NCBI GenBank assembly: GCA_963841435.1 | Contig: CAWJCS010000004.1 | Coordinates: 608,001 to 672,000 of the forward strand | Direction of reading: 5' to 3' | Length of the DNA: 64,000 nt | Source of the DNA: an uncultured delta proteobacterium | GTDB taxonomy: Bacteria; Myxococcota_A; Polyangia; Polyangiales; Polyangiaceae | Shown here: one piece after another, positions 17,532 to 28,417 of the stretch | Position numbering within the stretch: the first letter of the stretch is position 1 | Layout of the letters: each line of letters opens with the position of its first letter | Made by a program: the position numbers and the translations under genes | Notes under the pieces: generated by a model | Database searches by the model: none | Told to the model about the DNA's origin: nothing | What the model saw: the letters and a program-made list of their open reading frames with translations, nothing else

Positions 17532-18640
17532 TCACAAAAAGAGAGTCCGACACCCAGCCCGCCTAGGAATCCGGCCGCCGGCTCGGTCCACACCACGGGG
17601 CTCGACGCCCCCAGGACGGTCAGTCGCCTCCGCAGGACGGGGACGAGCAGCGAGGCCGCGGCCTCGACGAAAAGGGCCCGGGTGACGTGGAGCTCCGCGG
17701 CCGCGCCCGCCGAAACACCGAGCACGAGAGGCTCGCTACCGCCACTTGGCACAATCGGGGTCGCCGCGCTGCTCTCGGGCACTCGGACGAGCGTCCTCAG
17801 AGCACCCAACCAGGGTCCGCCGCTCGCGGCGACCAGGGCGAGCGGTGTGTCGACCAGCGTCGCGACGACCTCGGCACCGACGCTCGTCAGCCCCACGTCC
17901 ACGTCGAGGTCATCGCGGGCGATGCTTGCAGACGCGAGGTACGTCCCGACGAGCTGCCAACCGATGCGCGGGTGAGGGCGCCCCGCCACCGTCAGCGAGA
18001 AGCCAGGAACCGACGCGGGGACCAAGCCGATCCCGAGCGCCGCACGGACGACTCCGTGGCCGAGCTCGCGGTGGGTTGCCTGGGGCGGAGACTCGCGCAG
18101 GGTCGGCGTCGCCCGCGGCCCGGCACGCTGCTCTTGGGGCGCAGCGCCGGGTGACACCGTGGGGCGGGGAGGGGTGGGGGCCGGTTCCGTGTTCGGGGGC
18201 GCTTCGTGCGCGCTGGCGGGCGGCGGTGTCTCCGCCGCCACGCGCGCTGTGAACGTGGGGTCGATGAGCAGCGCGACGGCGAGCGCCGTGGCGCCGAAGA
18301 TGGGCCCGCAGTCGACGTCGGAGCTTGCGAGCTGTCGCCGGCCGAGGGGCGTGCCGTCGCGATCGAGTATGCGGATGGTGGCGGCGTAGCCGGAAGCGTC
18401 GTGGGCGAGGTAGATCTCGATGGCGCGCGCAGCGTTGGTGTCGAACGGTGCGCGTCCGAGCCGCGTGGCCACCTCCTCGGACAACGCGAGCGCCGTTGGG
18501 CAATGCTCGGCGCCGTCCCCGCGCACCCAGGCGAGCGAGTAGCGCTCCGCCGGAGCCAAGGGCTCGCTTGCGGGGTCGGCCGAGGCAACTCGCGCCACGA
18601 CCAGGGCGCCCACCAGCGTACCCACGCGAACGACCCACAT
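17532..18640 (-). CDS. Secreted protein: N-terminal two-Cys domain, Pro-rich linker, putative C-terminal outer-membrane beta-barrel; probable homopolymer frameshift at the 3' end
   Basis: Signal peptide; HCPTALALSEEVATRLG...DCGPIFGATALAVALLIDP; amphipathic strands ending GLGVGLSF. One more A in the run 17536-17540 stops the gene at 17532 rather than 145 nt inside the sigma gene. Confidence 0.6.
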
Positions 18641-18780
18641 CGGGGGCGACTCTAATCCTCGAGGCGTCCCTTAGCAGGCCCTTTCTGGTAGGAGGCGACC
18701 CCGGTCCCCCGCCGAAATGAGGTCGAGGCGCGCCGTTCCACGCAGGGGTCGGAAACGGGCGGCATCGAAGGCCTGCTGCC

Positions 18781-19428
18781 TCAGGGGCGGTCCTCGGGCG
18801 ACGCTTTCCGTCCGAGCAACGCGAAGATCCGTCGCCAGACCGCGGCGATCGACTCGGCGTCCGACTCGCTCGCGCCGACGAGGGGCCGCCCGTCGCTCGC
18901 GACCGCCGCAAGCGCAGTCCGGCGTTTCGAAAGAGGCAGCCTGTCGAGCTTGGTCGCGACGAGCAGCGTGGCGGGGGTAGGGCGGCCCTTCTTTTTCGAG
19001 CCCTCGATCATGGTCAAAAGATCGCGATCGTCCGGCTCGAGGCCGCGCCGCACGTCGACGAGGATGACGACGAGCGCGAGCGCCGGGCGCTCGAGCAGGT
19101 AACGCTCGGCGAGCATCGCCCACGCGACGCGCTCGGTCTTGGCGCGTTGCGCGAAACCGTAGCCCGGCAGATCCACGAACGAGAGCACACCGCCGTCGCG
19201 CGTCTTCACGGCGAAGAAGTTCAGCGTCCGCGTGCAGCCCGGCGTCGAGCTCGTGCGCGCCAGGCCCTGCCGGTTCATGAGGCGATTGAGCAGCGTGCTC
19301 TTGCCGACGTTCGAGCGGCCCGCGAAGGCCACCTCGACGGCGACCGATGGCGGCAGCTCTTCCGGTCTTGCGGCGGCGGCGCTGAACTCGGCCGACAGCG
19401 CGTAGGGGAGGGGCGGCTTGCGGCTCAA
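18781..19428 (-). CDS. engB: Ribosome biogenesis GTPase EngB/YsxC
   Basis: EVAFAGRSNVGKSTLLN, ARTSSTPGCT, VDLPGYG, TKLD; TTG start overlaps murJ stop. Confidence 0.93.
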   Translation of the reverse strand: MSRKPPLPYALSAEFSAAAARPEELPPSVAVEVAFAGRSNVGKSTLLNRLMNRQGLARTSSTPGCTRTLNFFAVKTRDGGVLSFVDLPGYGFAQRAKTERVAWAMLAERYLLERPALALVVILVDVRRGLEPDDRDLLTMIEGSKKKGRPTPATLLVATKLDRLPLSKRRTALAAVASDGRPLVGASESDAESIAAVWRRIFALLGRKASPEDRP

Positions 19429-21041
19429 GGGCGGCCCTTTCCGGCGAGGCGCCGCGAGAGCTCGCGACCGAGCGTCAAGAGCTCGGGGCTTCGCAGCACG
19501 AGCGCCAGCACCGCGAAGGCGACGACGAACGAGCCCGCGCCCGCCACGCCCGGCAGGGCTCGCGCGAGCGCGCCGGCACCTGCGCCCGGCTCGAGCGCTC
19601 CCGCCACGGTGCGGCCCACCGCCACGGCGCCGAGCGACGCTCCAGTGACGCGCGCGAGCGAGCTCATGACCCCGTGCCCCGCGACGCTCGGCAGCTTGCG
19701 CACGAGCAACACGGCGAGCAAGAGGGCCTGGACGGCGCTCGACCCGGTGACGGCCCAGGAGATGCCGACGTGGCCGAACGGCGAGCGCAGCGCGAGGGCG
19801 AGCACGATGAAAACGCACAGGTCGGTCGCCGCCACCAGCACGGGCGTGCGGGTGTCACCGACGGCGTAATACACCCCGAGCAGCTGGCGCACGGCGGCAA
19901 TCAACCACACACCCGAGCCCTGCGCCACGAGAGAGGCCGCGGTTTGCCGGGCCGCCTCGCCCCCGAACTCGCCGCGCTGGAACAGCAGCACCACGATCGG
20001 CTCGGCGAGCCCCACGAACAGCGCCGTGGCTGGAATCGCGACGAACAGCGCGAGCTTCAAGCCGAACGCGAAGGTGCCGCCGAGCTGGACGAGCTCGCCT
20101 CGCGCGGCGAGCCGGGAAAGGCTCGGTAGCGCCGCCGCTTGCAGCGCCATCACGAAGATCCCCTGCGGAAAGTCGCAGAGCCGCATGGCCCAGGTGAAAT
20201 AGCTCTGCGCTCCCAGGCCGAGCTCGGAAAGGAAACGGCGCGCGAGCACAACGTCAACGTAATAAACGCCGATGCCGAACAGCATCGGTCCCATGCGCCG
20301 CAGCACCTCGCGCACGGCGGGGTGGCGGAGCTCGAGCGTCGGTGCGCCGAGGTAGCCGATGGCGGCGAGGCTCGGCCATTGCGCGGCGACCTGGAGCACC
20401 CCGCCCAAAAGCGCGCCCGCGACGAGCGCGAGCCCCGTATCGTAACCGCGCGCTCCCAGGTAGCCCGGCAGCACGAGCGCGAGCACGACGAACGAGACGT
20501 TCAAGAGCCCCGGCGCGAACGACGTGGCGACGAAGCGCGCGTGGGTGTTGAGCGCCGCAGCGCCGAGCGCGGCCGTCCCCATGAACAGGATGTAGGGAAA
20601 GACCCAGCGCGTGTAGAGCACGGTGCGCTCGAGCTGCCCCGGAATGTCGCGATAACCGGCCGCGAACAGGTCGACGAGCGTCGGCGCGAACCCGACGCCG
20701 AGCACCGTCACCGCGAAGAGCGCCGCGAGCGACAACCCTCGCATGGCCACGAAGAACCGTCGTGCGGCGTCCTCTCCCTCGCGCTCCCGCACGTCGACGA
20801 GCACGGGGAGCACGGCGTTCTGGATTGCGCCTTCGGCGAGCAGCTGTCGGAGCACGTTGGGAATGGTGAACGCCACGAAGAACGCATCGGTCACCGCTCG
20901 CGAGAACACGGCGGCGATGGTCTGGTCGCGCAAGAGCCCCACGAGGCGGCTCGCGAGCGTGCCGACGGCAACCACCCCGGCGCGCTCGGCGATGCGTCGA
21001 TGCTCACCGGCCGTGCCGGAGCTCTTGGAGGCCTCGCTCAC
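19425..21041 (-). CDS. murJ: Lipid II flippase MurJ
   Basis: TLASRLVGLLRD, DAFFVAFTIPNVLRQLLAEGA, FPQGIF, LFQRGEF, DTRTP. Confidence 0.95.
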   Translation of the reverse strand: MSEASKSSGTAGEHRRIAERAGVVAVGTLASRLVGLLRDQTIAAVFSRAVTDAFFVAFTIPNVLRQLLAEGAIQNAVLPVLVDVREREGEDAARRFFVAMRGLSLAALFAVTVLGVGFAPTLVDLFAAGYRDIPGQLERTVLYTRWVFPYILFMGTAALGAAALNTHARFVATSFAPGLLNVSFVVLALVLPGYLGARGYDTGLALVAGALLGGVLQVAAQWPSLAAIGYLGAPTLELRHPAVREVLRRMGPMLFGIGVYYVDVVLARRFLSELGLGAQSYFTWAMRLCDFPQGIFVMALQAAALPSLSRLAARGELVQLGGTFAFGLKLALFVAIPATALFVGLAEPIVVLLFQRGEFGGEAARQTAASLVAQGSGVWLIAAVRQLLGVYYAVGDTRTPVLVAATDLCVFIVLALALRSPFGHVGISWAVTGSSAVQALLLAVLLVRKLPSVAGHGVMSSLARVTGASLGAVAVGRTVAGALEPGAGAGALARALPGVAGAGSFVVAFAVLALVLRSPELLTLGRELSRRLAGKGRP

Positions 21042-21080
21042 CGTGTCTTCCTTACCATCGACGCGCCGCGGCTCAGGAAT

Positions 21081-21818
21081 TCACGAAAGGCCTGCGTGTG
21101 TTCTCAGCACGTGTTCCACGAGATCCAGCGCTACCTCCGCATCGCCTTCGCCGAGCTCGCCGGGGTCGCCGGTCGCCGCCGCGCGTCCCAGGCGTCGGCG
21201 CCTGTCGGCCGCAAGCCTCAGCCGTGCACCGCCACAGCTCCGGCACAGGAGGCCGCCGCGCGTGGGGTCGACCAGGCCCGGCAGGTCCGGTGGGCACTCC
21301 TTGCCGCAGCTCACGCAGCGCTCGAAGTCGACGCCCCAGCCGAGCACCGTGAGCAGCGAGAGCCCGGCCGCGGCCAGCGTGGCGCGGGCGTCCACGGGCT
21401 CGGGCCCGGCGAGGCGGTCGAGTACGCCCTCGATGACGCGGAAAAGCTCGGGTTCTGGCGTGCGAGCCGGAGCGGCCTGTCTCACCCAGGAAAGCGCGCG
21501 GCCCGCCGCCTCGAGCCGCGCGAGGTCCGATATCAGCGCGAGGCGCGGGCGCTCGATTTTCGCGTCGCGTAGCCCGAATAGGTCGCCGTGCGTGCGCTCC
21601 TCGAGTGCGACCTCGAGCGTGTGCATGGGCTCGAGCGCGCCACCGAACCGTCGCGTGCTGCGGCGTGCGCCTCGCGCAAGTGCCGAGAGCTTGCCGTGCG
21701 TCTCCGTGAGCAGCGTGATCACGAGGTCGGCGTCGCCGTACTCGACGCGCTTGAGCAGCAGCGCTCGCGTCGTGCGGATGCCGTCCGCGGAGCGCGCGCG
21801 CGTTCGCGGTCGGGTCAA
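21081..21818 (-). CDS. recO: DNA repair protein RecO
   Basis: YGDADLVITLLTETHGKLSALARGARRSTRRFGGALEP; CVSC...CRSC zinc finger. Confidence 0.92.
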   Translation of the reverse strand: MTRPRTRARSADGIRTTRALLLKRVEYGDADLVITLLTETHGKLSALARGARRSTRRFGGALEPMHTLEVALEERTHGDLFGLRDAKIERPRLALISDLARLEAAGRALSWVRQAAPARTPEPELFRVIEGVLDRLAGPEPVDARATLAAAGLSLLTVLGWGVDFERCVSCGKECPPDLPGLVDPTRGGLLCRSCGGARLRLAADRRRRLGRAAATGDPGELGEGDAEVALDLVEHVLRTHAGLS

Positions 21819-22243
21819 GCGAGGGCGGCTGGCCGCGCAGCCGGACCGACGGAGAGCTCCTGCGGCATGTCGTCACCGCGCGGCCGGAGCACGATGCTCA
21901 ACGCCAGCGTGAAGAGGATCAAGAGGAGCACGAACGCAATGGCGACGCCGAAGCGACGAGTGCGAGCCGGACGCACCGGGCTCGTGATCGGCAGCGGTGT
22001 GACCCAGGCCACCCGGCGGCTCGCCGTGTAGCGAGCGAGCACGTCATCCGGCGGAACCTCGACGGCACGCGCGTACGCGCGCAAGAAGCCGCGCACGAAA
22101 ACCTCACCAGGAAGCTCGTCGAAACGATCGGCCTCGATGCGCTCGACGCTCGCGATGGGCACGCGCGTCGCTCGCGACACCTCGGCGATGCTCATGCGCC
22201 GTGCTTCACGGAGCTCGCGGAGGTGTTGGCCGACCGAGGTCAT
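21815..22243 (-). CDS. RodZ-like HTH membrane protein (short)
   Basis: VGQHLRELREARRMSIAEVSRATRV...LPGEVFVRGFLRAYA followed by a TM helix. Confidence 0.85.
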   Translation of the reverse strand: MTSVGQHLRELREARRMSIAEVSRATRVPIASVERIEADRFDELPGEVFVRGFLRAYARAVEVPPDDVLARYTASRRVAWVTPLPITSPVRPARTRRFGVAIAFVLLLILFTLALSIVLRPRGDDMPQELSVGPAARPAALA

Positions 22244-23064
22244 GGGGGACCCGAGCCTACTTCTAGTTTTTGCAACATGGAGCTACAATCTTTGCCGGTT
22301 TTCGTCGCCCGCGAGAGCTCGACGCAAGCCTTCAAGTCCGCTCGGGCCGAGGGAGTATCGCCGCTCCGAACGAAGCCCCTCGCGCGCCCGGCCCACGCTT
22401 CCTGCAGCGCGCTACACCCCGGGGCCTCGGTTTCCAGTGCGCGCGTAAAGGCCTCGCGTGCGAGCGAATTTTCGCCTTTGCGTTCGTAGGCGAGGCCGAG
22501 GCGGAAGTTCCCCACGCAGAATTGCGGCTGCGCCGCGATGCTGCGGCGAAGCGCGTCGATCGCCGGCTCGAGCTTACCGAGCTCGAGATAGGCCCAGCCG
22601 AGGTTCCCCCAGGCATTTTCCGGCGTTTGGTAGAGGATGTCCTGGGTCAGCGGCAAAAGAAGCTTCACGGCATCCGCTGCGCGGTGCTCGTGGATCAGCA
22701 CGACCGCGAGGGTGTTCGTGGCCTCGCGGAAGTCCGGTTTGAGGTTCACGGCGCGCCGCGCCTGAGCCTCTGCCTGGGGCAGACGACACTCTGCTCTGTC
22801 CCGACTGCAGAAGTCGAGATAGAGCAGAGCCACGAGGTGCGCGGCCTCGGCGTTGTCGGGGTCGAGCTCGACCGCTTTGAGCGCGTGGTCGAGCGCCCCG
22901 CGTGGGTCGTCGCGGCGCAGCCAGAGGTCTCGCGCCACATCGTACTCAGTTTCGGCCTGGCGGCTGGCGTCCTGGGCCTGCGGCCCACCGGCCGACCCGC
23001 TCGAGCAGGCAACGCATGCCGCGACCACCGCCGCACGCCACCGACCGGCCACCCGTTCGCTCAT
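22240..23064 (-). CDS. tgl: TPR lipoprotein, Tgl/PilF-like type IV pilus pilotin
   Basis: Lipobox VVAACVAC; TPRs with DILYQTPENAWGNLGWAY and PQFCVGNFRLG; lies directly upstream of rodZ-like and recO genes. Confidence 0.65.
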   Translation of the reverse strand: MSERVAGRWRAAVVAACVACSSGSAGGPQAQDASRQAETEYDVARDLWLRRDDPRGALDHALKAVELDPDNAEAAHLVALLYLDFCSRDRAECRLPQAEAQARRAVNLKPDFREATNTLAVVLIHEHRAADAVKLLLPLTQDILYQTPENAWGNLGWAYLELGKLEPAIDALRRSIAAQPQFCVGNFRLGLAYERKGENSLAREAFTRALETEAPGCSALQEAWAGRARGFVRSGDTPSARADLKACVELSRATKTGKDCSSMLQKLEVGSGPP

Positions 23065-23765
23065 GAGAGGGGCCGGACCCGGTCCCGCTGCGGACCGCCG
23101 CGCAGCTGGTCCTTGAGGCTCAAAAGCGCGTAGAGCTCGCGCAGCGTGTCGAGGTCGGAAACTTCGACGCGCTCGTCGCGGATCCGCACGTAGCCCGTCT
23201 CGCGCAGCTGCGAAACGACGCGCTTCACCGCGTCAACCTCGAGCCCGACCTGCGCGGAGAGCTCGAGGGGGGAGACCTTGAGGCTCACCTCGCCGTTCAC
23301 CTGCGCCCTGGTCTCGATCTCACGTTGAGCGAGCTTCATCAAGGCGACCACGATCTTGCTCTGATCGTCGCGCACCATGAGGATCTCGATTTGCTCCTCG
23401 GCCTCACGCAGACGCCGGAGCACCTGCTCGAGCACCCCGAGGCCGACGTCGGGGTGCCCGGCGAGCACCTTCTCGAAGGTCTCGCGATCGAACGCCAGGG
23501 CCATGCCCTCGTCGAGCGCGACGGCGGTGGCGCGACGCACGGACCCCGGCTGCAGCGCCGACTCACCGAACAGGTCTCCGGCGCGGGCCACGCGCAGGCT
23601 CCGCTCCATCGCGCCCACCTGCTTGAACAGCCTGACGCGCCCGCTCTGCAACAGGAACGCGAAATCGGCGGGCTCTCCGTCCCTGAAGAGCACCGTGCCG
23701 GCCTGGAAGCGACGCCCATAGCGCGCGAACAGATCGCCTTGCTCCGGGTTTTGTCCTTCGGACAT
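23061..23765 (-). CDS. Crp/Fnr family transcriptional regulator
   Basis: C-terminal part of ORF 23061..25721 from ATG 23765: LFRDGEPA..LLQSGRV, GDLFGESAL..RRATA, C-terminal HTH. Confidence 0.88.
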   Translation of the reverse strand: MSEGQNPEQGDLFARYGRRFQAGTVLFRDGEPADFAFLLQSGRVRLFKQVGAMERSLRVARAGDLFGESALQPGSVRRATAVALDEGMALAFDRETFEKVLAGHPDVGLGVLEQVLRRLREAEEQIEILMVRDDQSKIVVALMKLAQREIETRAQVNGEVSLKVSPLELSAQVGLEVDAVKRVVSQLRETGYVRIRDERVEVSDLDTLRELYALLSLKDQLRGGPQRDRVRPLS

Positions 23766-23773
23766 CGCCGGGC

Positions 23774-23810
23774 AGAGTAGTGCCCCGCCGCTGTCCCCGC
23801 AAACGTTTGC
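23774..23810 (-). promoter_or_regulatory. Putative promoter TTGCGG-N17-TACTCT with overlapping palindrome GCAAACGTTTGC
   Basis: -10 at 23774-23779, -35 at 23797-23802, perfect 12-bp palindrome at 23799-23810. Confidence 0.55.
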
Positions 23811-23829
23811 CGGCTGGCCGTGCGCGAGC

Positions 23830-24513
23830 CTAGGCCCCGGGCTCGCGCAGCGGAGACGGGGGCAGGTTCGGCAGCGTCGCGCCCGAGTCGCGGACGTAGT
23901 CGGGCTCGAGCGACGAAGCTCGCATGTCGGCTCCGACGCCCAGCAGCGCCACGAAGGTTGCGTGGGGAAGTGCGCTTTCCGGGCTCGCGAAGACCGGTAG
24001 GGACGGGCCGAGCTCGGCGGCCGCCTCGCCGATCGCGACGGCGTCTTGGTCGCCGAGCGCCGCGATGACGTGCGCGGCGGCGCGCTCGCGGAGCACCGCG
24101 CAGGGGCGCATGAGCGCGTCGCCGTGCACGTCGTAGGCCCCGAGGAACAGCTCGCCGCGACGGGCGTCGAGCACCGCGACGCGCACGCGTGGGTCGGAAT
24201 GGGGCACGGCGCGAGCCATGGCCGATAGCGAGCCGACGCCCACGACGGGGCGGTCGAGACCGAGCGCGATGCCCTGAGCGAGCGCGATGCCGACGCGAAG
24301 CCCGGTGAACGACCCGGGTCCGATGCCGACCGCCAAACGATCGATCGCGGAGCGCGTGAGGCCGGCCTCGGCAAGCACCCGATCGACCAGCGGCAGGAGC
24401 GCCTCGGCGTGAGCGTTCGTCCGCTCGTGCTCGAGCGCGACGATGGCCCGTTCGTCCTCCACGAGGGCCACGGAGCCTCTCCGCGTCGATGTTTCGATCC
24501 CGAGCACGCGCAC
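23830..24513 (-). CDS. tsaB: tRNA threonylcarbamoyladenosine biosynthesis protein TsaB
   Basis: VLGIETSTRRGSVAL, HAEALLP, GIGPGSFTGLRVG, DARRGE, LEPDYVR. Confidence 0.95.
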   Translation of the reverse strand: MRVLGIETSTRRGSVALVEDERAIVALEHERTNAHAEALLPLVDRVLAEAGLTRSAIDRLAVGIGPGSFTGLRVGIALAQGIALGLDRPVVGVGSLSAMARAVPHSDPRVRVAVLDARRGELFLGAYDVHGDALMRPCAVLRERAAAHVIAALGDQDAVAIGEAAAELGPSLPVFASPESALPHATFVALLGVGADMRASSLEPDYVRDSGATLPNLPPSPLREPGA

Positions 24514-24542
24514 GGCGAGTTTTCTACTACCATGGATCCCTC

Positions 24543-25751
24543 GTGCCCTCGTCGATCCTGCCGCGCTTCGACTTCCGAGCCGAGTTTGCCCTCGCGGGCG
24601 ACACGGGCTCGCGCCGCGACCACTACGAGGACGCCGCGCTGCTCGCGCCAGAAGTGGCGATGTTCGCGGTCGCCGACGGCATGGGCGGTCACCAGGCGGG
24701 AGAGGTCGCCGCCAAGCTCGCCGTCGACACGGCGCGCCGCAGCTTGTCGGGGCGCGACGCCCAGCGCACGATCGAGAGCTACGTCTCGCGCGCTGACCTC
24801 GAATCGCGGCGCGCCGTCTACGCGTGTCTGCGCGCGACGTTTCTCGAGGCGAACCGTGTCGTGCGAGAGGACGCCGAGCGCACCCCCGAACGTCTTCACA
24901 TGGGAGCGACGCTCGACCTGGTTTGGCTGGCGCGCGGCAACGCGTTCGTGGCACACGCGGGAGACGGTCGTGTGTATCTCGCTCGCTCGCGTGCGATGAT
25001 CCTGCTCACTCAAGATCATTCGCACGCCGCCGCGCAGCGCGGGACCAACCCGGGCCACGCGCGCAGCGCCGGAATCACGAACGCCATCGGGCTCGCGGAC
25101 GTGCTCACCGTCGATACGCTGTTCGTCGATCTGAACCGTGGGGATCGCCTCTTGCTCTGCAGCGACGGCGTGCACGGCCAGGTGACGGACGAGGCCGAGA
25201 TCGGCGAGCTCTTGCGCGTCGGCAACCCCGAAGGGAGCGCGCGGGCCCTCGTGGCCCGAGCCGGCCAGCACGGTCGGGACAACGCGACGGCCGTCGTGAT
25301 CGAGATCGGAGAGCGTTTCGTGAGGCGTACCGATCGCGATCGGGGGCTCGTCGCCGAAGATCTGGAGCGAGCACTGCAGAGCCCGCTGCTCGTCGATCTG
25401 CCGCAGTCGTTTGCGCTGAGCACGCTTGCCGCCGCCGTCGAAGTCGAGCTCGCCGCCGGAGAAACATTGCCGCGTCTCGTCACCAACGATCTCGTGTCGT
25501 ACATCGTGCTCGACGGCGTGCTGCGCTATCCCGACTCGGAGCGCACCATCGGTGCGGGCGCGCTCGTCTTCCCGGAGTCGCTCGTCGGGATTGCCGCGCA
25601 GGAAGAGCCGCCGCGCGCGGCCCAGACGGCACGCCTCCTGCGCCTGCGCGCCGACGACTTCTCGGAGATCTGCGCCGACCCGCGCCTCGCAGCCGAGCTC
25701 TATCGCCGCCTCGCGGCCCACCTCGCTCGTCTATCGCTCCGGGCTCGCTGA
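24543..25751 (+). CDS. PP2C (PPM) Ser/Thr phosphatase fused to a degenerate cNMP-binding domain
   Basis: GSRRDHYED, VADGMGGHQAGEVA, HAGDGRVY, LLLCSDG, GRDNAT; C-terminal EVELAAGETL..YIVLDG..LRLRADDF. Confidence 0.85.
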   Translation: MPSSILPRFDFRAEFALAGDTGSRRDHYEDAALLAPEVAMFAVADGMGGHQAGEVAAKLAVDTARRSLSGRDAQRTIESYVSRADLESRRAVYACLRATFLEANRVVREDAERTPERLHMGATLDLVWLARGNAFVAHAGDGRVYLARSRAMILLTQDHSHAAAQRGTNPGHARSAGITNAIGLADVLTVDTLFVDLNRGDRLLLCSDGVHGQVTDEAEIGELLRVGNPEGSARALVARAGQHGRDNATAVVIEIGERFVRRTDRDRGLVAEDLERALQSPLLVDLPQSFALSTLAAAVEVELAAGETLPRLVTNDLVSYIVLDGVLRYPDSERTIGAGALVFPESLVGIAAQEEPPRAAQTARLLRLRADDFSEICADPRLAAELYRRLAAHLARLSLRAR

Positions 25752-25922
25752 GCGTTCGGACGGGGTTCGCCGAGCGGTGGCGTCGTGAAATTCCGTCGGC
25801 GCGGATCGGACCCGGATCAGCTGGCGGCCGGCGAGTCGCCGGGGCCGAAGGAATGGCATAGTCCTTCGCCCCGTCCGCCTCGCCGGGCGGTGAGCCTAGG
25901 CCGCTGAAATGGCGAATTCGAC

Positions 25923-28058
<2,136 letters not shown>

Positions 28059-28194
28059 CGGCTTCCCGCGGCCGGGATTGCTCGGGAGAACGGCGTTCTT
28101 TCGCCCCGTGGGGCCGCGGCCGCCTGCTGGGTGCCGCGGGGCGTGGACGGCGCTTCGCCGAGTGCGGGGGGTTCGAAGCCCGTGCCGATGGCGC

Positions 28195-28222
28195 TTGCAT
28201 TCGGCCGCGAAGCGACTAGGTT
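28195..28222 (+). promoter_or_regulatory. Putative promoter of tRNA-Pro (TTGCAT-N16-TAGGTT)
   Basis: Hexamers read directly about 45 nt upstream of the tRNA. Confidence 0.45.
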
Positions 28223-28265
28223 CCGCCCTGTCATTCGCCCGGGCTTGCCTTGGCGACGGTCGGTT

Positions 28266-28343
28266 CGGGGCGTAGCGCAGCCTGGTTAGCGCACTAGACT
28301 GGGGGTCTAGGGGTCGCCGGTTCGAATCCGGCCGCCCCGACCA
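28266..28343 (+). tRNA. tRNA-Pro (anticodon GGG), CCA encoded
   Basis: CGGGGCGTAGCGCAGCCTGGTTAGCGCACTAGACTGGGGGTCTAGGGGTCGCCGGTTCGAATCCGGCCGCCCCGACCA; anticodon arm CTAGA-CTGGGGG-TCTAG. Confidence 0.96.
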
Positions 28344-28417
28344 ATTGGCACCCCGGTTCGACGCCGGGCCTTGCCCGCTCTGCGGGCTTCCCACCTCGGG
28401 CGGGCTAAGATGCCGGG

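Noticed and set aside
23061-25721. 886-aa ORF as a giant Crp fusion
   Set aside because: The upstream part is a shadow frame of tsaB and antisense to the PP2C gene; only 23061..23765 is Crp-like and it has its own promoter.
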